Virus record (IMG/VR): IMGVR_UViG_3300021425_002620
DNA length: 64,000 bases
DNA from: a virus
Taxonomy: Duplodnaviria; Caudoviricetes
Direction: 5' to 3' (one strand)
The position numbers and the translations under genes are program-made. Each line of letters starts with the position of its first letter. Position 1 is the stretch's first letter. A model generated the notes under the pieces. That model saw only the letters and a program-made list of their open reading frames with translations, had not been told where the DNA came from and searched no databases. Shown piece after piece: positions 1 to 9,771 of this stretch.

Positions 1-699
1 ATGCATAATTCGGCAACTATCAATCTAAACATTGTAAATGAAATGGTTAAGAAGGGAGTTAAGCGAGTATTTTATAGTTCAAGTGCTTGCATGTATCCGC
101 AACAATTACAAACAGGTGATGTTGCAGATCCTTCTCTCATCGAAAGTCAAGCATATCCTGCAGATCCAGACAGCGATTACGGTTGGGAAAAATTGTTTAG
201 TGAAAGATTGTATCTAGCATATGCACGTAACTACGGGCTACACGTAAGAATCGCTAGGCTTCATAATATATACGGTCCTGAAGGATCATGGAATAATGGT
301 AAAGAAAAATCTCCAGCAGCACTTTGTCGTAAAGTAGCAGAAAGCGAAAACGGAGAAATTGAAGTATGGGGACCAGGAACACAAAAAAGAACATTTTTGT
401 ATATTGACGAGTGCATAAAAGGCATTGATCGTATTATGAATGGTTCGTATGAGTACCCGTTAAATCTTGGTAGTCAAAGAATGATATCAATCAATGACCT
501 TGCATATATGATTAGCAGTATTGCCAGAAAAAATATTAAAATTAAAAATACAGACGGACCTCTTGGCGTAATGGGCAGAAGAAGCCATAACGGTTTAATT
601 AAAAAGAATATAGGTTGGGCACCTGACGAAGATCTAGAGTATGGATTGAAGAAAACATACGACTGGATATTGGAGCAAGTGCGGAATGCGGCTACCTAA
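1..699 (+). CDS. NAD-dependent nucleotide-sugar epimerase/dehydratase, GDP-mannose 3,5-epimerase-like (5' part lies outside the window)
   Basis: Extended SDR motifs YSSSACMYP, YGWEK (YxxxK), RLHNIYGP, N-terminal Rossmann glycine motif absent because ORF is open at the window edge. Confidence 0.9.
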   Translation: MHNSATINLNIVNEMVKKGVKRVFYSSSACMYPQQLQTGDVADPSLIESQAYPADPDSDYGWEKLFSERLYLAYARNYGLHVRIARLHNIYGPEGSWNNGKEKSPAALCRKVAESENGEIEVWGPGTQKRTFLYIDECIKGIDRIMNGSYEYPLNLGSQRMISINDLAYMISSIARKNIKIKNTDGPLGVMGRRSHNGLIKKNIGWAPDEDLEYGLKKTYDWILEQVRNAAT

Positions 700-1708
700 T
701 ACAGTATCTTTTACACCTTGGTATAATTCAGCAAGTGAAATAGAAGAAAAAGTTTTAAATGATAGAGTAGATATAATTAACTTTTTCTATTTCTACGAAG
801 GCGAACTTCCTAAAATTACACAAAAAGTAGTTGATACAATTAATAGAAAAAATATTACTTGTAATATAGTTCTTGCGTCTCCTATAGACTATCAAAAAAA
901 AGTTGTAAAACAACTTGGTATAAACAAAGAACTATGTAATTTTGAAGAGTGGTTAGACTTTTTTATTTTGTTTGCATATCATAATATGCATCATCATCCT
1001 AATTTTTATACCAATGCTAAAAAGTACCTAAACGATTATGACTATAAGTTTACCATACCATATTCTTGTTTTAATCATAGAGCAAAAGAACACAGAGTTA
1101 AATTAATAGATCAACTAGCAAAAGAAAAAATATTAGATAAAGGTCTTGTGTCGTTTTTAGGTGCAGGAAATCATAACGTAAAATTTGAACATTACAATGG
1201 CAGGGTGTTAAAACTAGGTGATAATTTTGATCAAGATCATCCTTATATTTTTAATAAAAAATACTTTGAAAGTTTTTTACATGTTGCTACAGAATCGTGG
1301 ACTGAAAACTTTTTTCTAACAGAAAAAACTACAATGAGATTATTATTTGGATTACCATTCTTAACTTTAGGCTGTAGACATTTTCATAAAAAATTAGAAG
1401 ACATGGGATTTGTTTTATATGACGAAATTTTTGATTACTCATTTGATAATGAACAATCTTTAGACAAACGTATAAACGGAATAGTTAAAAATATTCGTCA
1501 TGTTCTTAATAACGATGTTAATGATATGTATCAAAAAATTAAACCTGCTCTCGAATGGAATAGAACATTAGCATTAGAATATGTAAAGGGAAAAACAATT
1601 CCAAAATCAGTAAAAAGACAGATGATCTTGTCTTCTGCCAAAACCAATCGAACAGGATTAGATTTTGATCTTTATTCTATGTCATCTTACTTGACAGAAA
1701 CAACATAA
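686..1708 (+). CDS. Putative glycosyltransferase-like protein (GT-B/GT10-like C-terminal half)
   Basis: C-terminal FLHVATES..NFFLTEKT..L..G.PFL motif resembles the ENS...EK donor-binding region of GT10 fucosyltransferases; follows the epimerase. Confidence 0.45.
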   Translation: MRLPNTVSFTPWYNSASEIEEKVLNDRVDIINFFYFYEGELPKITQKVVDTINRKNITCNIVLASPIDYQKKVVKQLGINKELCNFEEWLDFFILFAYHNMHHHPNFYTNAKKYLNDYDYKFTIPYSCFNHRAKEHRVKLIDQLAKEKILDKGLVSFLGAGNHNVKFEHYNGRVLKLGDNFDQDHPYIFNKKYFESFLHVATESWTENFFLTEKTTMRLLFGLPFLTLGCRHFHKKLEDMGFVLYDEIFDYSFDNEQSLDKRINGIVKNIRHVLNNDVNDMYQKIKPALEWNRTLALEYVKGKTIPKSVKRQMILSSAKTNRTGLDFDLYSMSSYLTETT

Positions 1709-1719
1709 GGCTGTATAGT
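1691..1719 (+). promoter_or_regulatory. sigma70-type promoter, probably producing a leaderless mRNA for 1726..3687
   Basis: TTGACA (1691-1696), 17 bp, TATAGT (1714-1719), 6 nt, ATG at 1726. Confidence 0.75.
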
Positions 1720-1725
1720 AATAAG

Positions 1726-3687
1726 ATGTATGATATCTTTTTTATAGGATCAAAAACAGATAACGGCTGGCATGAACTAAGGCAGAGATTTCCTTTTGCT
1801 AAAATTTCTACTGACTTTGAATCAGCACAAAAAACTTCTTTAACAAAGTTTTTATGGATAGTTTGGAATGACGTTAAAATCCTTGATACATTTTCTTTTG
1901 ACTATCAAATAGATGAATGGAGTGAAGAATACACACACTTATTTAAAAATGGTGATGTTTATGATGGAATTTGTTTGCTACACAAGGATTTACACGTTAG
2001 TAAGAAAGAAGTAAAGCATAGATTTTTTGTAAACAAAAAAGAAGTTGATATTGTAGCAAGTATTCCTAGGCCTTATGATAAATTTAGTCCTTCGACCTAT
2101 GATGAATATTTAGAATGTGCAGCAAACAGTACAACAGATATGTTTTGGGCAATCTGGGACGATGTTGATCTTGACTATAATTTAGATTATTATGTTCCTG
2201 CATATGATACGTATCATAAAAAAATTACACATATATTTTTAAATGGCGAAACACAAGACGGTATTTGTCTTTTTAGCAAAACAGAAACAGTTACAAAAAA
2301 AGAATTTGATCATCGTTTTTTTGTAAACAAAAAAGAAGTTGATATTGTAGCAAGTACACCAAAACCCTACCCTGTATATCATATAGATACGTATGAAGAT
2401 TATCAAACAGCATTAGAAAGTTCGCCAACGCAAATGTTTTGGTGCATTTGGAAAAATGTAGAAGTAATCGATCCTACAATATACTCTTTATATTTTAGTT
2501 ACCATAATAGTTATGATAGAAATGAAAATCATGTATGGTCTAATCTGTGTAATGATACAGTAAGTTATCATGGTGGTATAATACTAGCATCAAAAAATAA
2601 ACCTATTTCTAAAAAAGAAATAGAACATAGATTTATTATCAACAGAAAGGAACATGAACAACCTATTAGTCGATATCGCTATCCTAGATATATTATTAGA
2701 AGCTATGACGATTATTTAGAAATAGCAGAAAAAGAAACTAGTCCTTTATTTTGGTGTGTTTGGAATAATGTAGAAATATTAGACGATAGTATATTTGATT
2801 TTTACTATAATCCTACAGATGGCAGATATGATGCTGATAGAGAAATGCATCATGTATACAAACACATATTTAGAAATGAAGAAACTTATCATAACGGAGT
2901 ATTTTTAGCAACAACTAAACATACCATTGGCAAACGAGAGTTTGACCATAAGTATGTTATTACACGTAAAGAGCATGACGAAGTCATTTCAAAATTACGT
3001 CCTTATGATATTGTGTTTATTAGTTATAATGAACCCGATGCTGATGATAATTTTAAAAAATTAAAAGAAAGATTTCCAAGGGCAAAACGTGTACACGGTG
3101 TAACAGGAATACATCAAGCTCACATCGAAGCAGCAAAACTTTGCGATACTGAAATGGTTTGGATTGTTGATGGCGATGCACATATTGTAGAAGATTTTGA
3201 TTTTAGCCATGAAGCAAACACTTATGAAATTGATACTGTACATGTTTGGCAGAGTCAAAACCCAATAAATAATCTTGTTTACGGTTATGGTGGAGTAAAA
3301 CTTTTGCCAAGAGATTTAACTTTAAACATGAACGTAGACACTGCTGATATGACTACTAGTATTAGCGATAAATTTAAGTCAATGCCTGACGTGTCAAACA
3401 TTACAGCATTTAATACTGATGAATTTAGCACTTGGAAAAGTGCATTTAGAGAATGTGTAAAACTAGCATCAAAAACTATTAAAGGACAAATAGATGATGA
3501 AACTGAAAAAAGATTGGAAATCTGGTGTACACAAGGAGACGAAGCTCGCTTTGGAAGGTATGCTATTAGCGGTGCTTGCGCTGGTCGTGACTTTGGGTAT
3601 AACAATAGTGATAAGCCAGATAATTTAAAACTTATAAATAATTTTGAGTGGTTATATGAAAAATTTCGAACAAATTCCGTGGACTGA
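1726..3687 (+). CDS. Glycosyltransferase (GT-A-like) with four upstream degenerate tandem copies of the same domain
   Basis: Five units each starting YD/YP; last unit has YDIVFISY...WIVDGDA (DxD); first four have W-x-D/N at the DxD position and shared K(K/R)E.DHRF...KE motif. Confidence 0.6.
   Translation: MYDIFFIGSKTDNGWHELRQRFPFAKISTDFESAQKTSLTKFLWIVWNDVKILDTFSFDYQIDEWSEEYTHLFKNGDVYDGICLLHKDLHVSKKEVKHRFFVNKKEVDIVASIPRPYDKFSPSTYDEYLECAANSTTDMFWAIWDDVDLDYNLDYYVPAYDTYHKKITHIFLNGETQDGICLFSKTETVTKKEFDHRFFVNKKEVDIVASTPKPYPVYHIDTYEDYQTALESSPTQMFWCIWKNVEVIDPTIYSLYFSYHNSYDRNENHVWSNLCNDTVSYHGGIILASKNKPISKKEIEHRFIINRKEHEQPISRYRYPRYIIRSYDDYLEIAEKETSPLFWCVWNNVEILDDSIFDFYYNPTDGRYDADREMHHVYKHIFRNEETYHNGVFLATTKHTIGKREFDHKYVITRKEHDEVISKLRPYDIVFISYNEPDADDNFKKLKERFPRAKRVHGVTGIHQAHIEAAKLCDTEMVWIVDGDAHIVEDFDFSHEANTYEIDTVHVWQSQNPINNLVYGYGGVKLLPRDLTLNMNVDTADMTTSISDKFKSMPDVSNITAFNTDEFSTWKSAFRECVKLASKTIKGQIDDETEKRLEIWCTQGDEARFGRYAISGACAGRDFGYNNSDKPDNLKLINNFEWLYEKFRTNSVD
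2023..2356 (+). repeat. 40-nt exact direct repeat inside the tandem-domain glycosyltransferase gene
   Basis: ttttttgtaaacaaaaaagaagttgatattgtagcaagta at 2023-2062 and 2317-2356 (encodes FFVNKKEVDIVAS twice). Confidence 0.9.
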
Positions 3688-4642
3688 TATAACCCATTTC
3701 GGCCAAAAAACTCTCCTAAAGAGCCATCTTTTCACAGTTTCGTGGATCACCACAAGATATTGTAATTATTCGTGCAGTTATTGCTGGCCTCACGCAAGAT
3801 CTAGTGTCCCTGACACTAAACCCACAGAATTATACTTAAAGACCATGGATAGTATCAAAGCGCAAGCCCGTGCAAATAACTTTACAGATTTTCATTTTAG
3901 TTTCAGTGGCGGAGAACCTACTGCTAATAAACAGTTTATACCGTTAGTTGAACACTATTGTAGTGACATAGAACCAGCGTATCAAAGCATACACATGACC
4001 ACAAATCTATCACCTGGCCATAAATGGTGGGATAAGTACTTACATATAACGGAAAACTTGCAACGCCGCAGTGTAACAGCAAGTTACCATGCAGAATTTG
4101 CAGACGAACAAAAGTTCGGAGACAAATGTTTACAACTCATGGAAGGAGGTGTTTTTGTTACAATTAATCAAGTTATGGTTCCAGAAATGTTTGAAGATCT
4201 TTATCAAAGGCTTGAACGATTTGCCGCCAGAGGCATTAATGTCACTCTCAAACCACAATCCGACCCTACCGCCTCCTACGTGGTACATGGATATACAGAA
4301 GAACAAATTGCAACAATGCGACGAGGATTCCCACAACACTGGCAAGGAGAAGGAGTTGCACAAGTTGCACTCTACGACAGTAAAGGAAACGAGTACGAAA
4401 TAGACCAAGCAGAACGATTTAATGCGTTCGGGTTTAATAAATTTAAAGGATGGTCTTGTAATGCAGGCTATCAAGGAATAATTATCAGAGATACTGAAGT
4501 TAGGCGAAGTCATAGTTGTCATGATGACATACTAGGAACAATCACAGACGGTTTTGAAATTTTTAAAAAACCAACCGAGTGTGTTACTCCTAGTTGTATG
4601 AGTAGTGCCGATAGTAAATTACCAAAGTGGAAAAACCTTTGA
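3656..4642 (+). CDS. Radical SAM protein with C-terminal SPASM/twitch-like Cys cluster
   Basis: CNYSCSYC, SGGEP, C-terminal WSCNAG...SHSC...CVTPSC; ATG at 3656 preferred over TTG at 3644. Confidence 0.9.
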   Translation: MKNFEQIPWTDITHFGQKTLLKSHLFTVSWITTRYCNYSCSYCWPHARSSVPDTKPTELYLKTMDSIKAQARANNFTDFHFSFSGGEPTANKQFIPLVEHYCSDIEPAYQSIHMTTNLSPGHKWWDKYLHITENLQRRSVTASYHAEFADEQKFGDKCLQLMEGGVFVTINQVMVPEMFEDLYQRLERFAARGINVTLKPQSDPTASYVVHGYTEEQIATMRRGFPQHWQGEGVAQVALYDSKGNEYEIDQAERFNAFGFNKFKGWSCNAGYQGIIIRDTEVRRSHSCHDDILGTITDGFEIFKKPTECVTPSCMSSADSKLPKWKNL

Positions 4643-5235
4643 AAGTTGATATAGAAGATGTATTATTTTGGATGGACGCTATTCGTAATAGTGACGATCG
4701 TTATCGTACACTTGAAAGTTTTTGGAAAGGACAAGTACATAGTAAAGTTTGGCTAATTGAACAGATGCAAGAATATAAAGTTCAAGGTAGTGTTGCTATC
4801 TATGGAGGTTGGAACGGTGTACTTGCAAGTTTGTTGTTTAATAGCGACCTATGTATACCAGAAATTGAAAGTATAGATATAGATCCTGTATGTAAAAAGA
4901 TTGCAGAAACTGTTAATATGCAACAACATATGCAAGGAAGATTTACTGCTACAACAGCAGATATGTGCGAGTACACTGCAGATACAGATATTGCTATAAA
5001 CACTAGTTGCGAACATTTAACACAAGAGCAATATGAAAAATGGTTGAGTAATATTCAACCTGGTACTAAGGTAGTATTACAAAGCAACAATTATTTTGAG
5101 CTAGACGAACATGTAAGATGTGCAAAAAATATGGAAGAATTTGTAAAACAATCAAAAGTATATGTTGCATATGTTGGAGAATTTAAAACACCAAACTATA
5201 CTAGATATATGATTATAGGTCATAAGTTTCGTTAG
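4639..5235 (+). CDS. Class I SAM-dependent methyltransferase-like protein
   Basis: VAIYGGWNG glycine loop, ESIDID acidic motif II, INTSCEH; TTG at 4639 overlaps the upstream TGA. Confidence 0.7.
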   Translation: MKVDIEDVLFWMDAIRNSDDRYRTLESFWKGQVHSKVWLIEQMQEYKVQGSVAIYGGWNGVLASLLFNSDLCIPEIESIDIDPVCKKIAETVNMQQHMQGRFTATTADMCEYTADTDIAINTSCEHLTQEQYEKWLSNIQPGTKVVLQSNNYFELDEHVRCAKNMEEFVKQSKVYVAYVGEFKTPNYTRYMIIGHKFR

Positions 5236-6271
5236 TAATTACAGTATGTATTTTATAATCTAATTCTTGATTAAATTCTAATAGATGATATGTTTTAGTA
5301 TTTGCATGATACCCTATTACTTTTAGTAAATGATTGTGTATAATAGGTCTTCCTAATATATATTCTTTTAAGTATAATTCTTTAACTACAGTTCCGTGTA
5401 CATTAATTTTTAAAATAGGACAATTAGTTGTTCCAACAGGTATGAATACAGCATGTGTATTATATCGTATACCTGATTTAAATTGGTACTTGTTATCAAA
5501 TTCAAGTCCTATATCAAAGTTAGTAGACTGTTTGGTTGTAGTATCAAATATTAATCCCCAATTACCATTGTATGGAGCTGCTATAATTTTGTCATGTATC
5601 AAAACACCGCAATTATATTTTTTAGCAAAATCTTTGCACTGAGTTTTGTACACTTTCATTTCTTTTGTTTCGGTATTAAACTCTATAACTTCATTTAGAC
5701 CTGCGGTTTCTCCAAATGGTAATGCGTACAATGTATTACCTACAACAATAATGTCACTATACTTTTGCGTTATAGAATTATTGATTCCTGCTATTGGGTA
5801 ACTGTTAATTTTTTTGCCGTCAAATTCTAATAATAAATTATAATTAGAATCGTTACTGTATGGCATACTCCAGTAACTACCGTTACAATAAACAGTACCT
5901 ATATGTAAGTTTGTCCCTTGTATAGGCATTTTAATAAATTCAACATCATTGTTAAGACATAATGCAAATTTGCTACCAAAGCTAAATGCTGTTTCATTAT
6001 TAGATGCTAGACTATAATATTGACTACTGTCTGTGTCTATGCTGTAATATTTAGGTTTGTAGTTTTTAATTTGTATAACAGAATTATGTGTAACTAACCA
6101 TATATCGTTTTTAACAACTTTGCATACATTTATTTTGCTTATTTTATCTAATGCTATATTTCTATTTTTATTTAAAATTTTAAATTTAGGCTTGTCTGCA
6201 AGTATTGAAACCAAGTCGTTCTTGTATTGACAGGCAATCGAATCTAAGTAATTTGGCTCTATATGCGGCAT
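5213..6271 (-). CDS. Putative beta-propeller repeat protein
   Basis: Four or more ~45-aa repeats ending in hydrophobic-x-P-(Y/F/V)-G/S (YWSMPYS, LYALPFG, IIAAPYN, AVFIPVG); ATG at 6271 chosen because of upstream TAAATA box. Confidence 0.5.
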   Translation of the reverse strand: MPHIEPNYLDSIACQYKNDLVSILADKPKFKILNKNRNIALDKISKINVCKVVKNDIWLVTHNSVIQIKNYKPKYYSIDTDSSQYYSLASNNETAFSFGSKFALCLNNDVEFIKMPIQGTNLHIGTVYCNGSYWSMPYSNDSNYNLLLEFDGKKINSYPIAGINNSITQKYSDIIVVGNTLYALPFGETAGLNEVIEFNTETKEMKVYKTQCKDFAKKYNCGVLIHDKIIAAPYNGNWGLIFDTTTKQSTNFDIGLEFDNKYQFKSGIRYNTHAVFIPVGTTNCPILKINVHGTVVKELYLKEYILGRPIIHNHLLKVIGYHANTKTYHLLEFNQELDYKIHTVITNETYDL

Positions 6272-6276
6272 AAGTA

Positions 6277-6283
6277 TATTTAA
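6277..6283 (-). promoter_or_regulatory. T4-type late promoter box, leaderless arrangement
   Basis: TTAAATA then 5 nt (tactt) then ATG at 6271. Confidence 0.6.
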
Positions 6284-6323
6284 CAACTGTTATTATACAA
6301 AATAGAAGATATGAAAACTTAAC

Positions 6324-7391
6324 ATGTTTACGTTTAATCAACTAGAAAACATACATTTAGAAATTACAAATCGGTGTCAAGCAAGCTGTCCTATGTGCAG
6401 CAGAAATGTTCACGGCGGTTTAGAAAACCCCTTAATTAAAAATCAAGACTGGACAGTAGCAGACTTTAAAAATATTTTAAATAATGAAGTATTACATCAA
6501 CTAAAAGGATTTTATTTTTGTGGAAACTTTGGTGATCCAATTATTAACAACGATCTAATAGAAATGTGTCAATACAGCACAGATATTAATCCTAATTTAT
6601 ATATTAGAATACATACTAACGGCGGCGCAAGAAATACCGACTGGTGGAAAAGATTAGCAAAAGCGTTACCGCCAGCGCATAATGTTATTTTTGCAATTGA
6701 CGGATTAGCAGACACACATAGTTTATATCGAGTTGGGACTAATTTTCATAAAGTTTTAGAAAATGCAAAGGCATTTATTAGTGCAGGCGGAACAGCTGAA
6801 TGGGCGTTTATTAAATTTAAGCACAATGAACATCAACTAGAAGAAGCAGAAGCATTGGCAAAAACACACGGCTTTGCTAGATTTACATATAAAGATAGTG
6901 CAAGATTTGTTGCTACTAAAGAGTTTCCGGTATATGATGCAAAAGGCAACATAACACGTTATTTAGAACCCCCTACTGGAAGTAAAATTAATCTGATTAC
7001 TCAAGATGTAATTGATAATTATAAAGATATAGTGGACGCTAGTGAAATAGATTGTTACGTAAAACAAACAAAAGAAATTTACATAGATGCATATAAAAAA
7101 ATTATGCCTTGTTGTTTTTTAGCAAGTATTCCTTACAACTATGCTGCTGATAATGACACTACTAAATCTATTAGAATTGAAATTGAACAACAATATTTTA
7201 AACTAATAAAAGATTTAGGAAATACAAGTGCATTAGAAAATAGTATAAAATCAGTAATAAATTCTGTTGCTTGGCAAACAGTATGGCAAAAATATTGGGG
7301 CACAGAAAAATTAATTACATGTGCAAGGACATGTGGAGTTAATAAACTTAGTAAGCCTAAAGATCAGTTTATTGAGCATACCGAACTATAA
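6324..7391 (+). CDS. Radical SAM/SPASM-domain protein
   Basis: CQASCPMC, GNFGDP, C-terminal CY...MPCCFL...CARTC. Confidence 0.9.
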   Translation: MFTFNQLENIHLEITNRCQASCPMCSRNVHGGLENPLIKNQDWTVADFKNILNNEVLHQLKGFYFCGNFGDPIINNDLIEMCQYSTDINPNLYIRIHTNGGARNTDWWKRLAKALPPAHNVIFAIDGLADTHSLYRVGTNFHKVLENAKAFISAGGTAEWAFIKFKHNEHQLEEAEALAKTHGFARFTYKDSARFVATKEFPVYDAKGNITRYLEPPTGSKINLITQDVIDNYKDIVDASEIDCYVKQTKEIYIDAYKKIMPCCFLASIPYNYAADNDTTKSIRIEIEQQYFKLIKDLGNTSALENSIKSVINSVAWQTVWQKYWGTEKLITCARTCGVNKLSKPKDQFIEHTEL

Positions 7392-7402
7392 AAAGGAAAA
7401 TA

Positions 7403-8794
7403 ATGTCTGACTTAAAAAAATATCAGTCTGAAATTGCAAAAGTAAGCGGTACCGATACGTTTTGTGTACTACCGTGGATACATTTTGCTACTAGACCTAA
7501 TGGTGATATGCGTTTATGTTGTAGTTCAAATGCAAGCGGCGCCGGAGGAGATCATACAATTGGTCTTGTTAAAATGGAAGACGGAAAACCAGCAAACTTT
7601 GGTAGAGAAACTCCGATGGAGGCATGGAATAACGAATATATGAAAAGTGTGCGTAGAACTATGCTGAATGGTGAAATTCCGGCTAGTTGTACAAAATGCT
7701 TTGAGGAAGAAAGTCAAGGTATTGTAAGCAAACGTATTTGGGAAACAGGTACATGGCATCGAGACGAAGATGCAGGAGTTGATATTCCCGAACTTATTCG
7801 TCAAACTAAAGAAGACGGTACTGTACCAGAAAATTTAAAATATTTAGATTTAAGATTAGGACATACATGCAATATTAAGTGTGTAATGTGCAGTCCTCAT
7901 GATAGTAGTAAGTGGGTTGCAGATCATAAAAAACTTATTCCTGTTTTACAAGACCCAGAAGTTAAAAGACAAATGCAATGGGAACGTAAAGACTTTAATA
8001 ATAAATGGCACGAAAAAGATTCATTTTGGGAAGAAATAAATGCACAAATTCCTAATCTAAGACAAGTATATTTTGCAGGCGGTGAGCCTTTAATGATTCG
8101 TGAACACAAACAGTTTATTGAAGAAATAGTACGTCAAGGATATCAAGACAAAATACTGTTACGATATAACTCGAACGGATTGTTAGTAGATGAAGATTTA
8201 ATTGAACTATGGAGTAAATTTAAGAAAGTTAAATTTGCTGTAAGCATGGATGCTAGTCATGAACGTGATGAATACATTCGTTATCCTACCGACTGGACAA
8301 CAGTTGAACGCACACTACATATGTTAGACAATACACCTGACAATATACAAACTAGCCTAGCAACTGCTATACAAATCTTTAACGTAAAACACTTGCCAGA
8401 CTTTATGAAGTGGAAATTAGAAAGCGGGTTTAAGAAATTAAACACAGGCACAGTACCAGGCGGCGTACAAATGGGCGGCGGTCTAGTCAATATGCATTTA
8501 TTATACATTCCTACGTTTTTAAGCATTCAAATTCTACCTAAAGAAGATAAGCAGGAAGTTAAAGAACGCTTTATGGACTTTAAAGACTGGCTGTGGAAAA
8601 ACTATAGACAGGATGATGATTATTGGAAACATAATCCTTACGGATGGAAGCGTTGGGAAGCAGTTATTAATCATATGAACGCACAAGACAATAGTCATTT
8701 ACTTTCTGGCTTTAAGGAGTATACAAATAAATTAGATGCAATCCGCGGACTTAGTGCAGCAAAAATATTCCCCGAGTTAGCACATTTATTATGA
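7403..8794 (+). CDS. Radical SAM protein with N-terminal SPASM/twitch-like domain
   Basis: N-terminal FCVLPW...RLCC...CTKC followed by CNIKCVMC and AGGEP. Confidence 0.9.
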   Translation: MSDLKKYQSEIAKVSGTDTFCVLPWIHFATRPNGDMRLCCSSNASGAGGDHTIGLVKMEDGKPANFGRETPMEAWNNEYMKSVRRTMLNGEIPASCTKCFEEESQGIVSKRIWETGTWHRDEDAGVDIPELIRQTKEDGTVPENLKYLDLRLGHTCNIKCVMCSPHDSSKWVADHKKLIPVLQDPEVKRQMQWERKDFNNKWHEKDSFWEEINAQIPNLRQVYFAGGEPLMIREHKQFIEEIVRQGYQDKILLRYNSNGLLVDEDLIELWSKFKKVKFAVSMDASHERDEYIRYPTDWTTVERTLHMLDNTPDNIQTSLATAIQIFNVKHLPDFMKWKLESGFKKLNTGTVPGGVQMGGGLVNMHLLYIPTFLSIQILPKEDKQEVKERFMDFKDWLWKNYRQDDDYWKHNPYGWKRWEAVINHMNAQDNSHLLSGFKEYTNKLDAIRGLSAAKIFPELAHLL

Positions 8795-9771
8795 TTAAAG
8801 AAATTAGAAATAATCAAGACCCTAAAATGATACGTATTGAATACATGCCGGGAAACTTGTGCAATCATAAATGTCATTATTGTTTTCCAGGAAGTAACGA
8901 AGGTGATGCTCCTTGGCCAGATGTAGAATTAGTAAAAACAAATTTAAGTCACTTATTAAGGCATTATGAAAGTCAAGGTAAAACTAAAAGTAATCTTTAT
9001 ATTGTCGGAGGCGAACCTACTCTATGGAAGGGATTAGAAGATCTTTGCAAACATTTAAAAGATAATCATGATATTATTATAGAAATAAGCACAAACGGAA
9101 CACGCAAAATAAATTGGTGGAAAGAAAATGCTAGTAACTTTGATCATGTAACAGTAAGTGTACATAGAGAGTATGCTAACGTTGAACATTTAATAAATGT
9201 GTGTGATACTTTGTATGAAGCAGGAACATTCTTAAACGCTGATGTGTTAATGGATCCTGATGCATTTAATGTATGTACACAGATAGTAAAAGATTTACAT
9301 AATAGCAAGCATAATTGGCCCATAGTAGCAAAGGTTGTGCATTTTAACGGTGCTCATAGATATACAGATTTACAGTTAAGTTATTTTGATGAAACAATTA
9401 AGCGATATCCTAGCATAGAATGGTACACATCAACAACCAAAAAACCACTTACTAAAATAGATATAGTCAAAGATAATGACGAAATAATAACAGTTGACAA
9501 CGACAGCTGGATTACAAGGAATAAATTAAATTATTTTTCTGGATGGGAATGTAGTTTAGGATTAGATATTTTAAAAATTTTTCCTAATGGCAGAATAACT
9601 GGAAATTGTCAGCAAAAACTATACGAAGACTATAATTTATATCAAAGTGATTTTGTTAAAAAATTTAATCCTAAAATTTCTCCTGTAATTTGTACAAAAT
9701 ATATATGCGGGTGTAACGGAGAAATATCTGCAAATAAAAGAAAGTTAGAAGATATTAATAAAATCAATTAA
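8791..9771 (+). CDS. Radical SAM protein with C-terminal twitch-like domain
   Basis: CNHKCHYC, VGGEP, WECSLG...GNC...CTKYICGC. Confidence 0.9.
   Translation: MIKEIRNNQDPKMIRIEYMPGNLCNHKCHYCFPGSNEGDAPWPDVELVKTNLSHLLRHYESQGKTKSNLYIVGGEPTLWKGLEDLCKHLKDNHDIIIEISTNGTRKINWWKENASNFDHVTVSVHREYANVEHLINVCDTLYEAGTFLNADVLMDPDAFNVCTQIVKDLHNSKHNWPIVAKVVHFNGAHRYTDLQLSYFDETIKRYPSIEWYTSTTKKPLTKIDIVKDNDEIITVDNDSWITRNKLNYFSGWECSLGLDILKIFPNGRITGNCQQKLYEDYNLYQSDFVKKFNPKISPVICTKYICGCNGEISANKRKLEDINKIN

Noticed and set aside
6311-6322. ATG AAA ACT TAA mini-ORF just before the 6324 radical SAM gene as a regulatory uORF or RiPP precursor
   Set aside because: Three codons only, single occurrence, expected by chance in AT-rich DNA
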